In this document: piece after piece, positions 10,648 to 23,090 of the stretch
How the letters are laid out: every line of letters starts with the position of its first letter
How positions within the stretch are numbered: the stretch's first letter is position 1
Origin: Carcharhinus amblyrhynchos
Taxonomy: Eukaryota
Assembly: GCA_965287045.1 (NCBI GenBank)
Contig: OZ336873.1
Coordinates: 89,094,001-89,158,000, forward strand
Length of the DNA: 64,000 nt
Direction of reading: 5' to 3'
Program-made: the position numbers and the translations under genes
Notes under the pieces: model-generated
Database searches by the model: none
What the model was told of the DNA's origin: nothing
Seen by the model: only the letters and a program-made list of their open reading frames with translations

Positions 10648-12795
10648 GGGCTGCCAAAAATGCCCACTGACCTACATTCAAAAATTGTGACCCAACTCCC
10701 GATGGGAGCAGCAACATTTGGCCTTTAGCTATACACTCTCCACAGGCCCCAGCATGGTGTAGGAGGACTCTAGTCAATTCTAGTCCGACCTCCTTATGGT
10801 GGGACCAGACTGGGAACGCCCTTTGAGGTTTTGCTTGGAAATATCAGTTTTGTATTGAAAACAGATAGCAGAAGAATTTCCCTGTTATTATAAAGGTATG
10901 TTGAAGCTTTTTGTCAGTTTTTTTGCCATTTCTATTAAGTAGTTAGTCCTATTGTTGTTGGCTCATTTATAGTGTAGTTTTTAACTTTATTTTTATCTTT
11001 GAAGATGAATATTATAAAATATTATTTATGAATGTAAGTTTTGTTATTGTTTTAAGTCTGTGCAACTGTTATTGAAATCTGCATTATGTCACTTTATAAC
11101 TTTACGTGTGGCATGTTTGTAAGTGTTTATATATTTTAATTTGGAATATGGAAATTGAAAATGTAATTGGGATGAAGAGGTCATAACTTCTCAGACAATA
11201 ATTGGGATACCCTATTGCATGAGGTTGAGCAAAGGAGAGTTCACGTTTTGGGCCATGAAAAATCTTAATGTGTTTATCATTAGTCACCTTCTGCCTTGCT
11301 TACTTCATATATAATTATCTCATATTTAATTGTTCTGTTTTGTTCTTTCAATACTGCATTTGTATAATTTCATATTGATTTTTTAATGTTTCAATAAAGC
11401 ATTAGTAGAATTTGTAAAGTTTAATGGAAAAAATCTATGAACAAAAATAACATTTCAACATTTAACAAAACAGTTTACTTTAGCAACTGAACTATAACAT
11501 GTTGTTTTATTGTCTGATCTTTTCAACTTCTTTACAATAAAATCTATTTTTTTCTTTTTAACACAATGATCAATAAAATATGTTATACATTAACACAACA
11601 GCAGTTCGGTTGCCTCTGTAAACAAGGAGTTAAGAAAGGGAGGGATGTGAGCAGGGGTGAGGGGGAGGGGGAGGGGAAGGGTTTGGACATAAAATTGTAC
11701 ATTTTCCATGTAGTCTGACTCTTCTGCGCCTATGTCAAAGCCTCAAAAGAACTTCAGTAATTTGTGTAACATACCAGCCGTGGTGGAATATGACTCCAGA
11801 TTTTCAATCTGCACTAGATTCTGCAATACCTATCAGAGAAGTAGTTCATATCAGCTTGCAGGAGATTTGCAAACGTCATCTTAAGGAGTACCCTTTCTTA
11901 AAACATTTGAAGTAGCCAAGTTGCATACTTCCTACTGTACCTTAAGAGGCTTCTAAGGATCAAATTCGGGAGACTCTTAAACAGCACTGCTTAAAATACA
12001 TTGCATGATCCAAATGGTCTTTAGATGAAACTTATTGCATGATTTTGATGATACCACAAATCCACTGTTATATATGAATGTACTTTTTACTGGAATTAAT
12101 ATATGACAACAAAGTTGTAAAAAATGTTTCAGAAACCTTTCTTTCACTTTCTGAGTATTACATATTCTTTTAAACAGATCTACAAAGGTTCTTTTAAACA
12201 TATCTACAAAGGTTTGTCTCTACTTTCCGCAGCTAATCCAGAAAAAAAATGTGTAAATATGTGTAAATACTCACCTATCAAAGTTAAAGTTTATTTGTTT
12301 ATTAGTTACAAGTACGCTTACATAAACAGTGCAATGAAGTTACTGTGAAAATCCCCGAGTCCCACACTCTGGCATCTGTGTCTTTGGGTACGCTGAGGAA
12401 AATTTAGCATGGACAATGCGCCTAACCCACATAACTTTCAGACAGTGGGAGGAAACCAGAGCACCTGAAGGAAATCCATGCAGACACAGGGAGAATGTAC
12501 AGATTCGGCACAGACAGTGACCCAAGCTGGGTATCGAACCCGAGTTCCTGACGCTGTGAGGCAGCATTGCTAACTACTGTGCCACTGTGCCACCCTCATA
12601 GGGGTAAGTAAAGGCAGTTAAGGAGAAGTTGCAAAACAGCACATCAATACCAGCACTTTGAAAAAGCAGAATCAGAGGTTTAAACTTGGCATGCTTTCAG
12701 CACACATGTCCATGTTTTGGGACTTCGGTATTGTTTCGAAGGTCATGTGTGGCACACTAACTACTTAAACTGGGATTTGGGCTGGATGTCATAGG
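10648..12795. mobile_element. Unclassified ~2.1-kb insertion splitting the Gypsy pol (possibly Harbinger-related)
   Basis: Gypsy reading frame stops at ~10647 and resumes at ~12800. GCCAT occurs at both junctions. The AT-rich centre has AATAAA on both strands. Confidence 0.45.
12280..12595 (-). mobile_element. V-SINE with HE1 head/core and alternative tail
   Basis: HE1 head and core, but the 3' end is ...TTCACAGTAACTTCATTGCACTG...CTTGTAACTAATAAACAAATAAACTTT instead of the CR1-type tail. Confidence 0.88.
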
Positions 12796-12884
12796 CCATT
12801 GAATCTGATAAATGAGTGTTTTGCTCAAATCAAGCAAACTACACAACCAAGTGCAACTCTCCAATTGCTACAGGATGTGGTGAT

Positions 12885-13208
12885 CATAGAATCACAGAAT
12901 CCCTATTGTGCAGAAAGAGGCTATTCAGCCCATCAAGTCTGCACTGACCACAATCCTATCCAGGCCCTATTCTAGTAACCCTACATATTTACCCTGCTAA
13001 TTCCCCCGACACTCAATTTAGCATGGCCAATCAATCTAGCCCACATGCCTTTGGACTGTGTGAGGAAACCAGAACACCTGGAGGAAACCCACACAAACAT
13101 GGGAAGAATGTGCAAACTCCACACAGACACTGATCCGAGGCCAGAATTGAACCCGGGTCCCTGGCACTGTGAGGCAGCAGTACTAAACACTGTGCCACCA
13201 TGCCGCCC
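12885..13208 (-). mobile_element. HE1 (V-SINE), CR1-type tail
   Basis: Full head, V-core and GATTCTGTGATTCTATG tail. Confidence 0.92.
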
Positions 13209-15710
13209 CAAACATTCTTTGGGTAGGTTAACCTTTTGGTGATGAAGCCATCAAAGACATACCTGTTGCTATAAGAGTACATTGAGTATGCAGGGATAAG
13301 GCAATTACCCAAGACGACATTTTGCATAAAGGAACCAGAGTCATTATGCCAAAAGAGATGGGAAAAGAGATGTGAAAACACACCCATATAAATAATCAAG
13401 AAAACCATCAAGTATTTAAGTCCAGTCTGAGGAAGGCAACAGAAATACTCTGCCAGCCAATCATGAGCAATGAAATTATAGACCATATCAGTCAGTGCAG
13501 TGCCTGTAATAACCATCAAACAAAGCAAGCTAAAGAGCTGTTCATGACTCCTGGCATCCCAGACAAACAACTAATACTAACCCACACAGGTATCATTCAA
13601 CGATCTGAATGCTTTAAAGGTTGTGTGCAGTATATGTGTAGAGACAGACAAAAGTGAGGCAAACAATAATAATTACATTATTATATAAATATTTCATGTT
13701 TATCACTCATGATGACTTTATTTGTAGATCGTATATGTGGGTAACTTGCAACTGCACATATGGTAGCACCTGCAATGTGATTTTTTTAATGAAAAGGCAG
13801 ATATTTGGAGAAATGCATTTGTGCACAGTTGCCAGTTATGAATCCTGTGGTTTGCCATAGTCATGTGACCTCTGAGTCACATGACCTATGATGTCATTCT
13901 TTTCTGAGTCAAGGACTGAGACAGAAGCTATTTTACCCAGCATGTGGGTCTTGAAATAGATCCTTCTTATGTCTGCTTTATACTTGTAAAGTGCAGCAAA
14001 ATCTCCTCTGGTGTTTGAGTGTTTTCAGAGGTTACTCCTTGATGAAGTGAATTTGCCTGATGCGTTGACATAGAGATAGCCTGATAAATAGAGGAGACTG
14101 AAGTCTGAGTGTGAAAGGATGAGCAGCAGTGTAATGAATTACATCAATTATTCTTATGTGCTGATTGAGCTTCTCCCTGAACTATGTGGGATTGAAGTGG
14201 CACAGACAGCCTGCAACATCATTTTATTGGGATTGCTATTTCAATCTCCAACAAGATTGCTGAGTCTGATCTGTCAAAAGATCTCCAGAGATGAGTCCAA
14301 AAATCTGGGAGTCCTTTTAGCTTCTAACATTCCTGAAGCTACTATTTCAAACATTCATACAAATAAATTATGGTGTCTCATAGCAAGTCTCTGCCTTTTA
14401 AAGCCTTCCCAGAACTTGGCTTCCCTGTATGGCCATTACAGGAAATCCATGAGGTGCAATATCACTGCTCCAAATTGACCGTGCATTGCAAATGAGAGGC
14501 ATGAGAAAAATTGCAATCGTGGATTTGCAGTTCTATTCTACCACCAAACTATAAAAGGTGTGGAAATCAAGCCTCCCTTTCTTAAACAAAGAATAGTGAA
14601 TACAGAGGACCCAGAACCAACGTTCCACCAAATATAGATCTTCAGGAACAAATCACAAAATGATTTACTTATTGTCAAAATTTAAGATTTGATATTTGAT
14701 ACCTACACTTGTCATTAACATCTTGTGTCAGAGGCAATTAAATTAAATCCACAATATGTATTCTCTTTGCTTCCAGGTTTATTCTGTTCTCCTTACCCAA
14801 CACTTTAATATCTGAAAAAGTGCATGAACATAATGTGGACAATAAAATTAATGATTGAGATCCTGCATTTGAACTTTGGAACACTACGTTCTGATAATGG
14901 ATCCATTAACTGACAGACTCTAAAATGTATGTTGTTAGGTCAAGTATTTATTGCAAGGCTATTGGCTTCAGGCTTGTGACCTGTGATGTCTATAAGTTAA
15001 TGAGATCCGAGTGACCTTTTAATGCTTTTCTGTCATATTATAATGTCTGTAACGTTTTTGAGAAATATCAAGATGTTGAGGTCAAAACGTAAGTAAAAAC
15101 CATTAAATGGAAAACATTCGCCATCAGTTTCCATTATGCCAGTAATAAGCTATTCTCTATGTCAGTACTTGGCCTGTTCTCTTCCTTCTGATCACAGAGT
15201 TGGTCCCTTTTCCAAAGCATCTGCTGTGCTGCTGCTCCCACACTTAGAACTGAACAACTAAGGTTTGGAGAAGTCAAAGTTGAAGTTTGGATCCTGAATA
15301 TTGATTAATTTTGACCATCTTTTTTTTTTCTGAGGCCAAAGAGCTAAAGCAGTGCATAGCCAGCTGATGTGCTGATCTCCTACCCAGTCAATACTGGGCC
15401 TGCTCTCAGCTGACATTGTTGAACTCACAATATCACTTGAAAGGTAACATTTCATATGGTTTTACTTATACATTTTTTCTTGAAATACAGACACAATTGT
15501 TTTCTAATCATGTTGATCCAAACTATTCAGATTCTGCAATATTTGAAATCTGACCTGGACTTTTGATCTTCTGACACACATTGCACCGTCCACTCCATCA
15601 CAGAGAGCATGTTTATTTTGCAGTGTACCACCAGGACCTCCCTCTCTGAACCGTTTACAGTGAACACCCTAGCTCCATCAGAAAAAGAAGACCTTTGCAG
15701 TGCATTAACC

Positions 15711-16024
15711 AGGGCAGCACAATGGTTAGCACTGCTGCTTTACAGCACCTAGGACCTGAGTTCAATTCCGGCCTTAGGTGACTGTGTGGAATTTGTACAT
15801 TTTCCCTGTCTCCATGTTTCCCCTCCGGGGGCTCCGGTTTCCTCCCAAAGTCCAAAGATATGCGGGTTAGATTGAGTGGCCCTAAATTGCCCCTTAGTGT
15901 CAGGGAAATTAGCAGGTTAAGTACATGGGAAAGGGGTTACAGGGAAAGGACCTGGGTAGAATCATTGTTGGTGCAATCTTGATGGGTTGAATGGACTTTT
16001 TCTGCGCTGTGGGGATTCTATGAT
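15711..16024 (+). mobile_element. HE1 (V-SINE), CR1-type tail
   Basis: GGGCAGCACAATGGTTAGCACTGCTGC head, V-core, GGGATTCTATGAT tail. Confidence 0.9.
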
Positions 16025-16788
16025 AATTTGAGAAGGGAGATCTACACCCTGAAATATTAGAGAATAAGTAACATGAGTTTGACAATGGTGTTACAATGCC
16101 AGTTAAAACCATAGAATTCCTACGGTGCAGAAGGAGGCCTTTCAGCTCAGTTAATTGATTCGATAACATGATAGCCAACTTGTCCTAAGACCTGACAGCA
16201 GAGCAATGTCAATGTTGGCTGAATCTCTTGCTTCCCACCTTCACAAGGTAAATGCAGATGAAGAAAGGCAAGAGAAACCAATATAACATGTGATTGTTTC
16301 CAGGAGTGCACTATCCAGGAGTCCATGTACTCTCTGTGCAAAGAAGAATCTCTGACATGAGTGGGATTTTACAGCCTTGAATAATATTATAAGTCTGAGT
16401 TCCACAAATACTTTGGAGAATTACTTCGCACTTCGCCTCGTCTGCTATTTCTTTTACTTGAAAATAATACCCAAGACATCGACATATTGTGTCCACTCCA
16501 CTATGAAGGAATCAAATGGGTCTATTTGCCCAAAGAGAAGCTTTCTGGTGAGTTCTGATTTTCATACTTCAATTAAAACAGGATACTCACAGGTATCGGG
16601 CCACAGGCAGTGCCAGGATAATTTAACCTCATCATCAGAAGTAATGATGCACTTTCACAGACTTTATTAGTGAACTCAAAAAGGTATTTATTAATAAGAA
16701 TTAGACAGCAGCATCATGGGCTGTAACTAGCTCCCAAAATGCCGCTGCCTAGGAGCCTTTCTCACCATGAGATGATTTGACACTCTGA

Positions 16789-16913
16789 GACTGGAATTTT
16801 CCAATCCTGCCCACCGCAGGAATTGTAGAGGGTGGGACAGAACCATGCAAAGGTCCATTAACCTCGGGCAGGATTTTCCAGTCTTGGGACAAGCTCAGAC
16901 AGAAAATCCCACC
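16789..16913. mobile_element. Harbinger-type MITE (7277 family)
   Basis: CTGGAATTTTCC...AAAGGTCCATTAACCTCGGGCAGGATTTTCC...GAAAATCCCACC is reverse-complement similar to 7277-7403. Confidence 0.7.
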
Positions 16914-16999
16914 TTGAATCCCAAATTGTCACCTAGAAGTCAGCCTATTATTTCTCTGTTATATTGCCCTTAAAGGGACAATCAGCACAATACTCTTGC

Positions 17000-19213
17000 T
17001 TATCAACAATCTATCTATCTCTGCTTTAAAAAATTCAACGGCACTTTGTTAATCATTTTTTGAGGAAAAGAGATCCAAAGACTCATAACCCTCCAAGAAA
17101 AAAAGTCTCCTCATCTCTGTCTTAAATTGTCATCCATTTATTTTTAAATAGTGTCCCCAGTTTTCAATTCTCCCACAAGAGAAAGCGTCCTTTCCATATT
17201 CATCCTGTCAAAATCCTTCAAACTCTTTTATGTTTCAATCAAATTACCTTACACTTCAAAACTTCAATGGATACAAGCCTAGCCTATCCAATCTTTCCTC
17301 ATAAGGCAACCCACCCATTGTAGGTATCTGAACTGCATCCAATGCTTTTCTATCTTACCTTTAATAAGGTAGCCAGTACTGCACAACCGAAGCATAACCT
17401 CACTACTTTTGTATTCAGTTCCCCTCACAATAACAATAACATTCTATTAGTTTTCCAAATTGCTTGGTGTACCTATATACTATCCTGTTGCAATTCATGC
17501 ACTGGGACACATAGATCTCTACATCTCAGAGCTCTGCAGTCTCTCACCATTTTATATAATATGGTTCCTTTTTATTTTTCCTGACAAAATGGACAATTTC
17601 ACATTTTTCCCATTATATTCCATAAACTAGGGCCAGAATCCTCCAATGACATACTGATTCCATCGCTGCTAGCGAGAACAGAGAATTTGGTACTCAGCCA
17701 AATCTCTATTCATTGCAGCAAGACAGGAGAATCCCAGCGTTAGGCTACTTCAGAAAACTCGGACCCAGATCTTTGTCCACTAACTTATCAATATCCCTTT
17801 GTCCTCTTCTGATTTTACTTTTCTCTCTTTGTTTCATTAACAAATTTAGTAACTCTACGTTCAGTCCCTTCATCAAAGTCATTCCTGTAAATAGTAAAAG
17901 GTTGAGGTCCTAGCACTGGACCATGTGACACATAACTTGTTACATTTTGCCAACTTGAAAAATATCCTTTCATACCTACCCTCGGTTTCATGTTGGGCAG
18001 CCAATTTTCTATCCATGCCAATGTATTACTCCCTACACCATGAGCTTTTATTTTTCGCAGTAATATAGTAATCATAAAATGTCAGCTGGAAATCTAAGTA
18101 CAGTACATCCACTGGTTCCCCTTTATACATAGCATCTGTTTCTTCTTCAAAGAATTCCAATTAATTTGTAACACATGATTTGCCTTTCACAAAGCCATAT
18201 TGACTATGCCTGTTTACCTTGAATTTTTCCAAGTGGCTTGCTATAACATCTTTGATTATAACGTCTAACTTTTTCCCTGTGACAGATGTTGAACTAAGGA
18301 CCTATAGGGCCTGATTTTACCTCAAGTTGTGCTTGTTTTTGGGCGTGAGGTGATTAGCACGATCTGCGCCTGCCTCTGCGCTGGTTCCCCCTACCAAGGC
18401 CGAAAATGGCCACCATCAGGACCACACCCAAAACGGGCACGATGTCAATTTCAATGCATTTGCATGCATTTAAATTGATTTAATGGGCTCCAGGCCCAAA
18501 TTTACTAGCACTTCCTCCCTTTATCGCCGTGTTCACTGGTCCAGATTTGGCACATAACAGACAAGATCCACAAAGGTCCAATTCAGGCACTCCAGCTTCG
18601 GAGGAGGTAAGTTCTGAACATTTGGCAGCTTTCTGCTTCAGATCATTGTGGAGGGTAAGGGAGGTGGGTCAAATAGCGCTCTGACTCAGAACAGTGGTGG
18701 TGGGAAAGGAGGTGGGTCAGATGGCTCTCAGATGGGGGGGGTGATGGAAGCAGCAGGGCAGAGCAGGCGTTCCGCAGTCATTCTGTGTGTGATCCGGGAG
18801 CGGGGGGGGAAGGGGCTCGTGATCAGTCTGGGTGGTGGTGGAGGGACAAGGGGTTGTGGGGGTGGGATAATGTCTTTGGGGGCTGGGGAGAGACATTATC
18901 CAGCCTGGAAGCGATGTGGCAGGGAAGTATTTTTCTATTTTTTTTGTCTGCATGTGTGCAACTGAAGATGCCAGTTGGAGCTGCATGATTTTGAGTGTGT
19001 TACGCCCTGTCCACAGGCTTCTGCAGAGCAATTCAGATAATTGCTACTTTTTTCAAGAAGAGTGTATATGAGGGCACCTGAGAACAGGTTTAAAAATCGG
19101 ATCTGAAACACTCCCAGTTTCAAATCTGCCCAACACTTAGAATGAAAATGGTGAAATAGGGCCCATAATCTCTTGCTTTCTGTCTCCCTCCCATATTGAA
19201 TAAAGGAGTTACC
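17000..19213 (-). mobile_element. CR1 LINE ORF2 (reverse transcriptase) relic with nested MITEs
   Basis: ORF 17815-18075 LLRKIKAHGVGSNTLAWIENWL..RVG..W..VTS..GPVLGPQPFTIY.ND is CR1 RT. Interrupted at ~17630-17740 and 18307-19164. Confidence 0.88.
18307..19164. mobile_element. Non-autonomous PIF/Harbinger element, 858 bp
   Basis: TIRs GGGCCTGATTTTACC / GGTGAAATAGGGCCC, 3-bp TSD ATA (18304-18306, 19165-19167). CR1 sequence is continuous across it. Confidence 0.85.
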
Positions 19214-19302
19214 ATAAAGTTGTCCTTAAAGTAGGATGGAAAGTGGGAAAAATTCTACACATTTCTTCTCACCTATTGATCAAGAAATAATGAGAAGGGC
19301 AT

Positions 19303-19385
19303 TAGGGGATTTTAGCAGTAACTTCATTGTGGTGTTGATGTAAGCATACTTGTCACACTAATAAATAAACTTAATAAACTTAAAA
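19303..19385 (+). mobile_element. Isolated alternative SINE tail (5'-truncated)
   Basis: TAGGGGATTTTAGCAGTAACTTCATTG...CTAATAAATAAACTT, same as the tail of the 12280 and 25388 copies. Confidence 0.8.
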
Positions 19386-19889
19386 ATTATTCCTGGATAT
19401 CTGACAAGAGGTGAAAATAAAAGAACCCACAGGAAATGACTCCTGTCTGTGAGATGAAGTGAATGTGTCTGCAGAAAACTTCAGCACAGGATTCTTTGGC
19501 AGAGAGGTGAGGGTGCATGAACACTCTGTAATTTTGTGTGATCATCTTTGTAGACCAAGCAATATTTATGCAGGCCTTTCCCTCAGGAAATTAATTCAGT
19601 TGGGTAGAAAGTATTGCCAACACTAACAATTTTTTATATTTATTGATTTTACACTCTTTTAATGTGTGCATTTTCTTTGATGGAATGGAAATAGAAATGT
19701 AATTTCTCCTGATTTCCAACCTTCTATCACCATAAATCAAGAGTACTAAAGCAATTTTGGAGAATCAACAAACTAAATTACAAGCATGGATTATGTTGGG
19801 TGGGCTACCTGATAAGTTAAATTATCATTGGTCTTGATGGATCAAATGGATTTATGTTTTCATTTTTCATTTCATGTTTTCATTATCCT

Positions 19890-22800
19890 ATTTGTGCTCC
19901 AATGCTGCGATAGTGTGGTCTATTTAAGGAGCGATCATTTGTGGGTCGCATGACCCTCCCGAGGCCTATTAGAACAGAATACTCAAACCTCAGCCTGTTA
20001 TGGCATGTGTCCAGATAGCTAGAACCTGCATTATGAGCCGACGAGTCTTTGGGATAAGACCTGTGTCTGTACTGAGCTTGTCTATCTATAGTTCGAACTA
20101 TCGTTCATTAAATCACTGCTGCGATTTCATGCTTCCTATTACCCCATGCTACAATATTGGCGATGGGAATAAATGGGCCTACAATCACAAAACAGTTAAC
20201 ATTTGGGGGGGGAAAGGTGTGTCCCTGAAAACCTGCAAGAAAGGTAAAAAGTCATTGTGCGAGACATAGTCAAGTAGCTATGCCTTTTTGACCTATTTGA
20301 CCCAGAGGTTGAAAATTGGATACATCAAAAGGCTTCAATATCTTCTGGGGCCAACAAAGTAGCTTCTGAGGAGAAGCATAAAGTTATTTAATTCACAGTT
20401 TGAGACCAACAAACATATAACCTCGTAAAAAGCCTAACAACTCCAGAGGCACCGTATACAAAATTTTTTGACCAGCTAGTCGGATTGGTGACAGACCACT
20501 GCAAATCTCCAACCTTTCATTATTATGCTGTGCTATAACTTTCATTCAGCCGCCAGGGACCCAGGGAGACAGTCTCTGCTTTTATCACAAGGCTTCGCCA
20601 AGTGTCTGAACGCTGTGAGTTTCATCCTTAAGTGATATGCTATGTGGCATTAATAGTTTAAACATTCAGAAGAATTTGCTGGCAGAAACTAAAGTATTCC
20701 TAGGCAAGATAGTTAAATTGGTTCAAATGACTAAAAGCACTGAACAGAGCACTTTTGAACCACAAGTCGTGCAAGATGAGAAGATTCAAAATTGAAATGG
20801 CAGGAGAGAGGGCATAGCGGAGCCTGAGGAAAGGAAAAAAAGTCGTCAGCCACTTGGGTTGCATGAGTGTTATCGTTGTGGGGAAGACCATCCCCAAGAA
20901 AGATACAAGAGTTAAATAGTTCCCAGAAAACAAAAACAAGGCTTAAGGAAGATTTGGAAAGGTCTGATGTTTTAAAGCTCAACATTGTAAGGTTAAATAA
21001 AACACTCCGCCCTCCCTCCCCCATCAAAATCATCCCTATGGTTAATGCATGTCCACTAACTAAGGAGGTTGATATGAATGCTTCAGCCATGGTAATGGAT
21101 GAACAAGCATACAAAATTTTACGAGGAGGTTTGCAACTCTTAAAACTTAACAGTACAACAACCAAGTTGGCAAACTAAACAGGAGAGGCACTGAAGGTAA
21201 TGGGCATGACAATAACACTGGTGTCCTTTTAGCGCCAGTCTGCCCTCACAGCCAGCCCTGATGGCAGTAAAAGGACAGAGGCCTAGACTTATGAGATGAG
21301 ACCGGCTGAGGCAAATCAGGTTGAATTGGCTGGAAATATTCAGCATCATGAGTGGGGTTTTCAAGGAACTCTTGTGCAAGTATCAAGAAGTATTTTACAG
21401 AGAGCTGGAGTGCATATTACAGGTTAAGGCCAAAATTCATGTGAATCCTGGATCAGTACCAAAACTTTTTAGAGCCCAGCCTGTCCCTTATACAATATAT
21501 CAGAAAGCTGATGTGGGATTGAAATGATTGGAAGATCAAGGGGTAATTAAATGAGTACAATTCTCTGTGTGGGCTGTGCCAGTAGCCCCACTGTTAAAAT
21601 CAGACTGCACAGTAAGGATTCGTGGCAATTACAAGTTGACTATGAGCAAATAGAAAGATAGCCTATCCTTATGATAAAAGATCTTTATTCAAAACTGCCA
21701 GGAGGCATCAAGTACATGAAGTTGGACTTAAGTCATGTGTGCTGACAGCTCAGGCTGGAGGAAGACTGGAGGGAATTTGTCACAATTAATAAACACAAAG
21801 GCTTATTCCAATGTACAAGATGACCCTTCAGTATTTCATCAGCATGCGCTGTCTTTCAGTGCTCCATGGAAAGTCTCCTGCAAGAGATCCTTAGAGTTGT
21901 CTATTTGGACAATATCTTAATAACAGGAGTGTCACCCAAGGAGCATAAGGCCAGTTGAGAGGAAGTCCTCAAAAGATTCAAGAAAGCTGGTATCTCCTTC
22001 AAAACAAAAAAATGTATTTTTCAGGCTGATGAGGTCATATATTTAAGATTTCAATTGATGCAAAAAGCTTGCACCCAGTAGAAGAAAAGACAAAGGCAAT
22101 AAAAGTGTTGCTTGCACCAAAGAATGTGACAGAGTTGAAGTCCTCCTTAGCGATGGCCAACTATTATGACCACTTTTTGCAAGCTTGTTCACCATTTTGG
22201 CACCCTTACACCAACCTCTAAACAAAATCAATGTTGGCAATGGGAAGATTCTCAGAGAAAAGCCTTTGACTAAGTGAAAAAGGTCCTCCAAAAATTTATC
22301 TCACTCTCCCATTTTGACCCAGACAAGCAGATCATAGTAACATGTGATGCGTCTCCTTATGGCTTGGGGGGCCGTGCTTTTCCGTAAGGTGAACATTGGA
22401 GCAGCCTGCCACATTTTCTTATCAGATGCCAAAAGGAAGTAGTCACAGACTGATAAAAAGAGACTGGCTGTCAAATAGGCTATCAAGAAATTCCACCAAT
22501 TTCACCACTTCACCATCACTGCCAAGAGCTCCATTTGGTGGTCAGGAATTGACACAGAAATAGAGAGTATTATCAGTAGAGCTGTTGTCAACATTGCCAA
22601 ATGCAGCAGACCCTTCTGCTCGCAAACATACACCCCTGATTGAATCATGCATTCAACAATACTGTCAGCCACCATGGACAAGCTGCAACAAATTTTTGTC
22701 ATACATGGCATAACAGACGAGATTGCTTCTGACAGTGCCATCGCTTTCACAACAATTTGTCTAGATTAATGGCATCCAACACATATGAACGACGCCGTAC

Positions 22801-23090
22801 CACTTGACTTCCAATGGACTGGCAGAAAGAGCAGTGTGAACACTTAAAGAATTGATGCAGAAACAGTCCGACAGACAACTGCGAATCCGGTTAGCTAATT
22901 CTCTGCTCTCATACAATACAGCTCCACATGGGATAAACTAGCCAAAGTATTGATGTGTCAAGCCTCAGGATCTGCCTTGACCTTGTTTTCCCAAATTGGA
23001 TGAGGAGGGCGGAGGTGAAGCAATCCTCACAGAAGGAGTACCATGACTGTGGTAAGGACGATAGGTCATTGGAAGTGAATGACTGTACTA
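19890..23090 (+). mobile_element. Decayed Ty3/Gypsy retrotransposon (5' LTR, PBS, gag, PR, RT, RH, partial IN)
   Basis: PBS-like TGGCGATGGG at 20158. Protease VNACPLTKEVDMNASAMVM, KAKIHVNPGSVPKLFRAQPVPY, RT YLDNILITG (~21900), RH VTCDASPYG, IN SNGLAERAV. Many stops and deletions; no 3' LTR seen. Confidence 0.88.

Larger units (their letters stand above)
10315..14070 (+). mobile_element. Fragmented Ty3/Gypsy element (RNase H, linker, integrase Zn finger, probable 3' LTR)
   Basis: 10330-10640 EKECLITVF..HFNQCLF.REKVIVQFDYKPLQSLF. It resumes at ~12800 (NLINECFAQIKQTTQPSATLQLLQDVV) and 13240-13570 (KGTRVIMPKEM..H..IDHISQCSAC). A purine tract at ~13790 precedes an LTR-like segment. Split by insertions. 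Confidence 0.75.

Noticed and set aside
11711-11914. Stop-free + strand frame ending ...PWWNMTPDFQSALDSAIPIREVVHISLQEICKRHLKEYPFLKHLK
   Set aside because: No recognisable family, and it lies inside an insertion that splits a Gypsy element.
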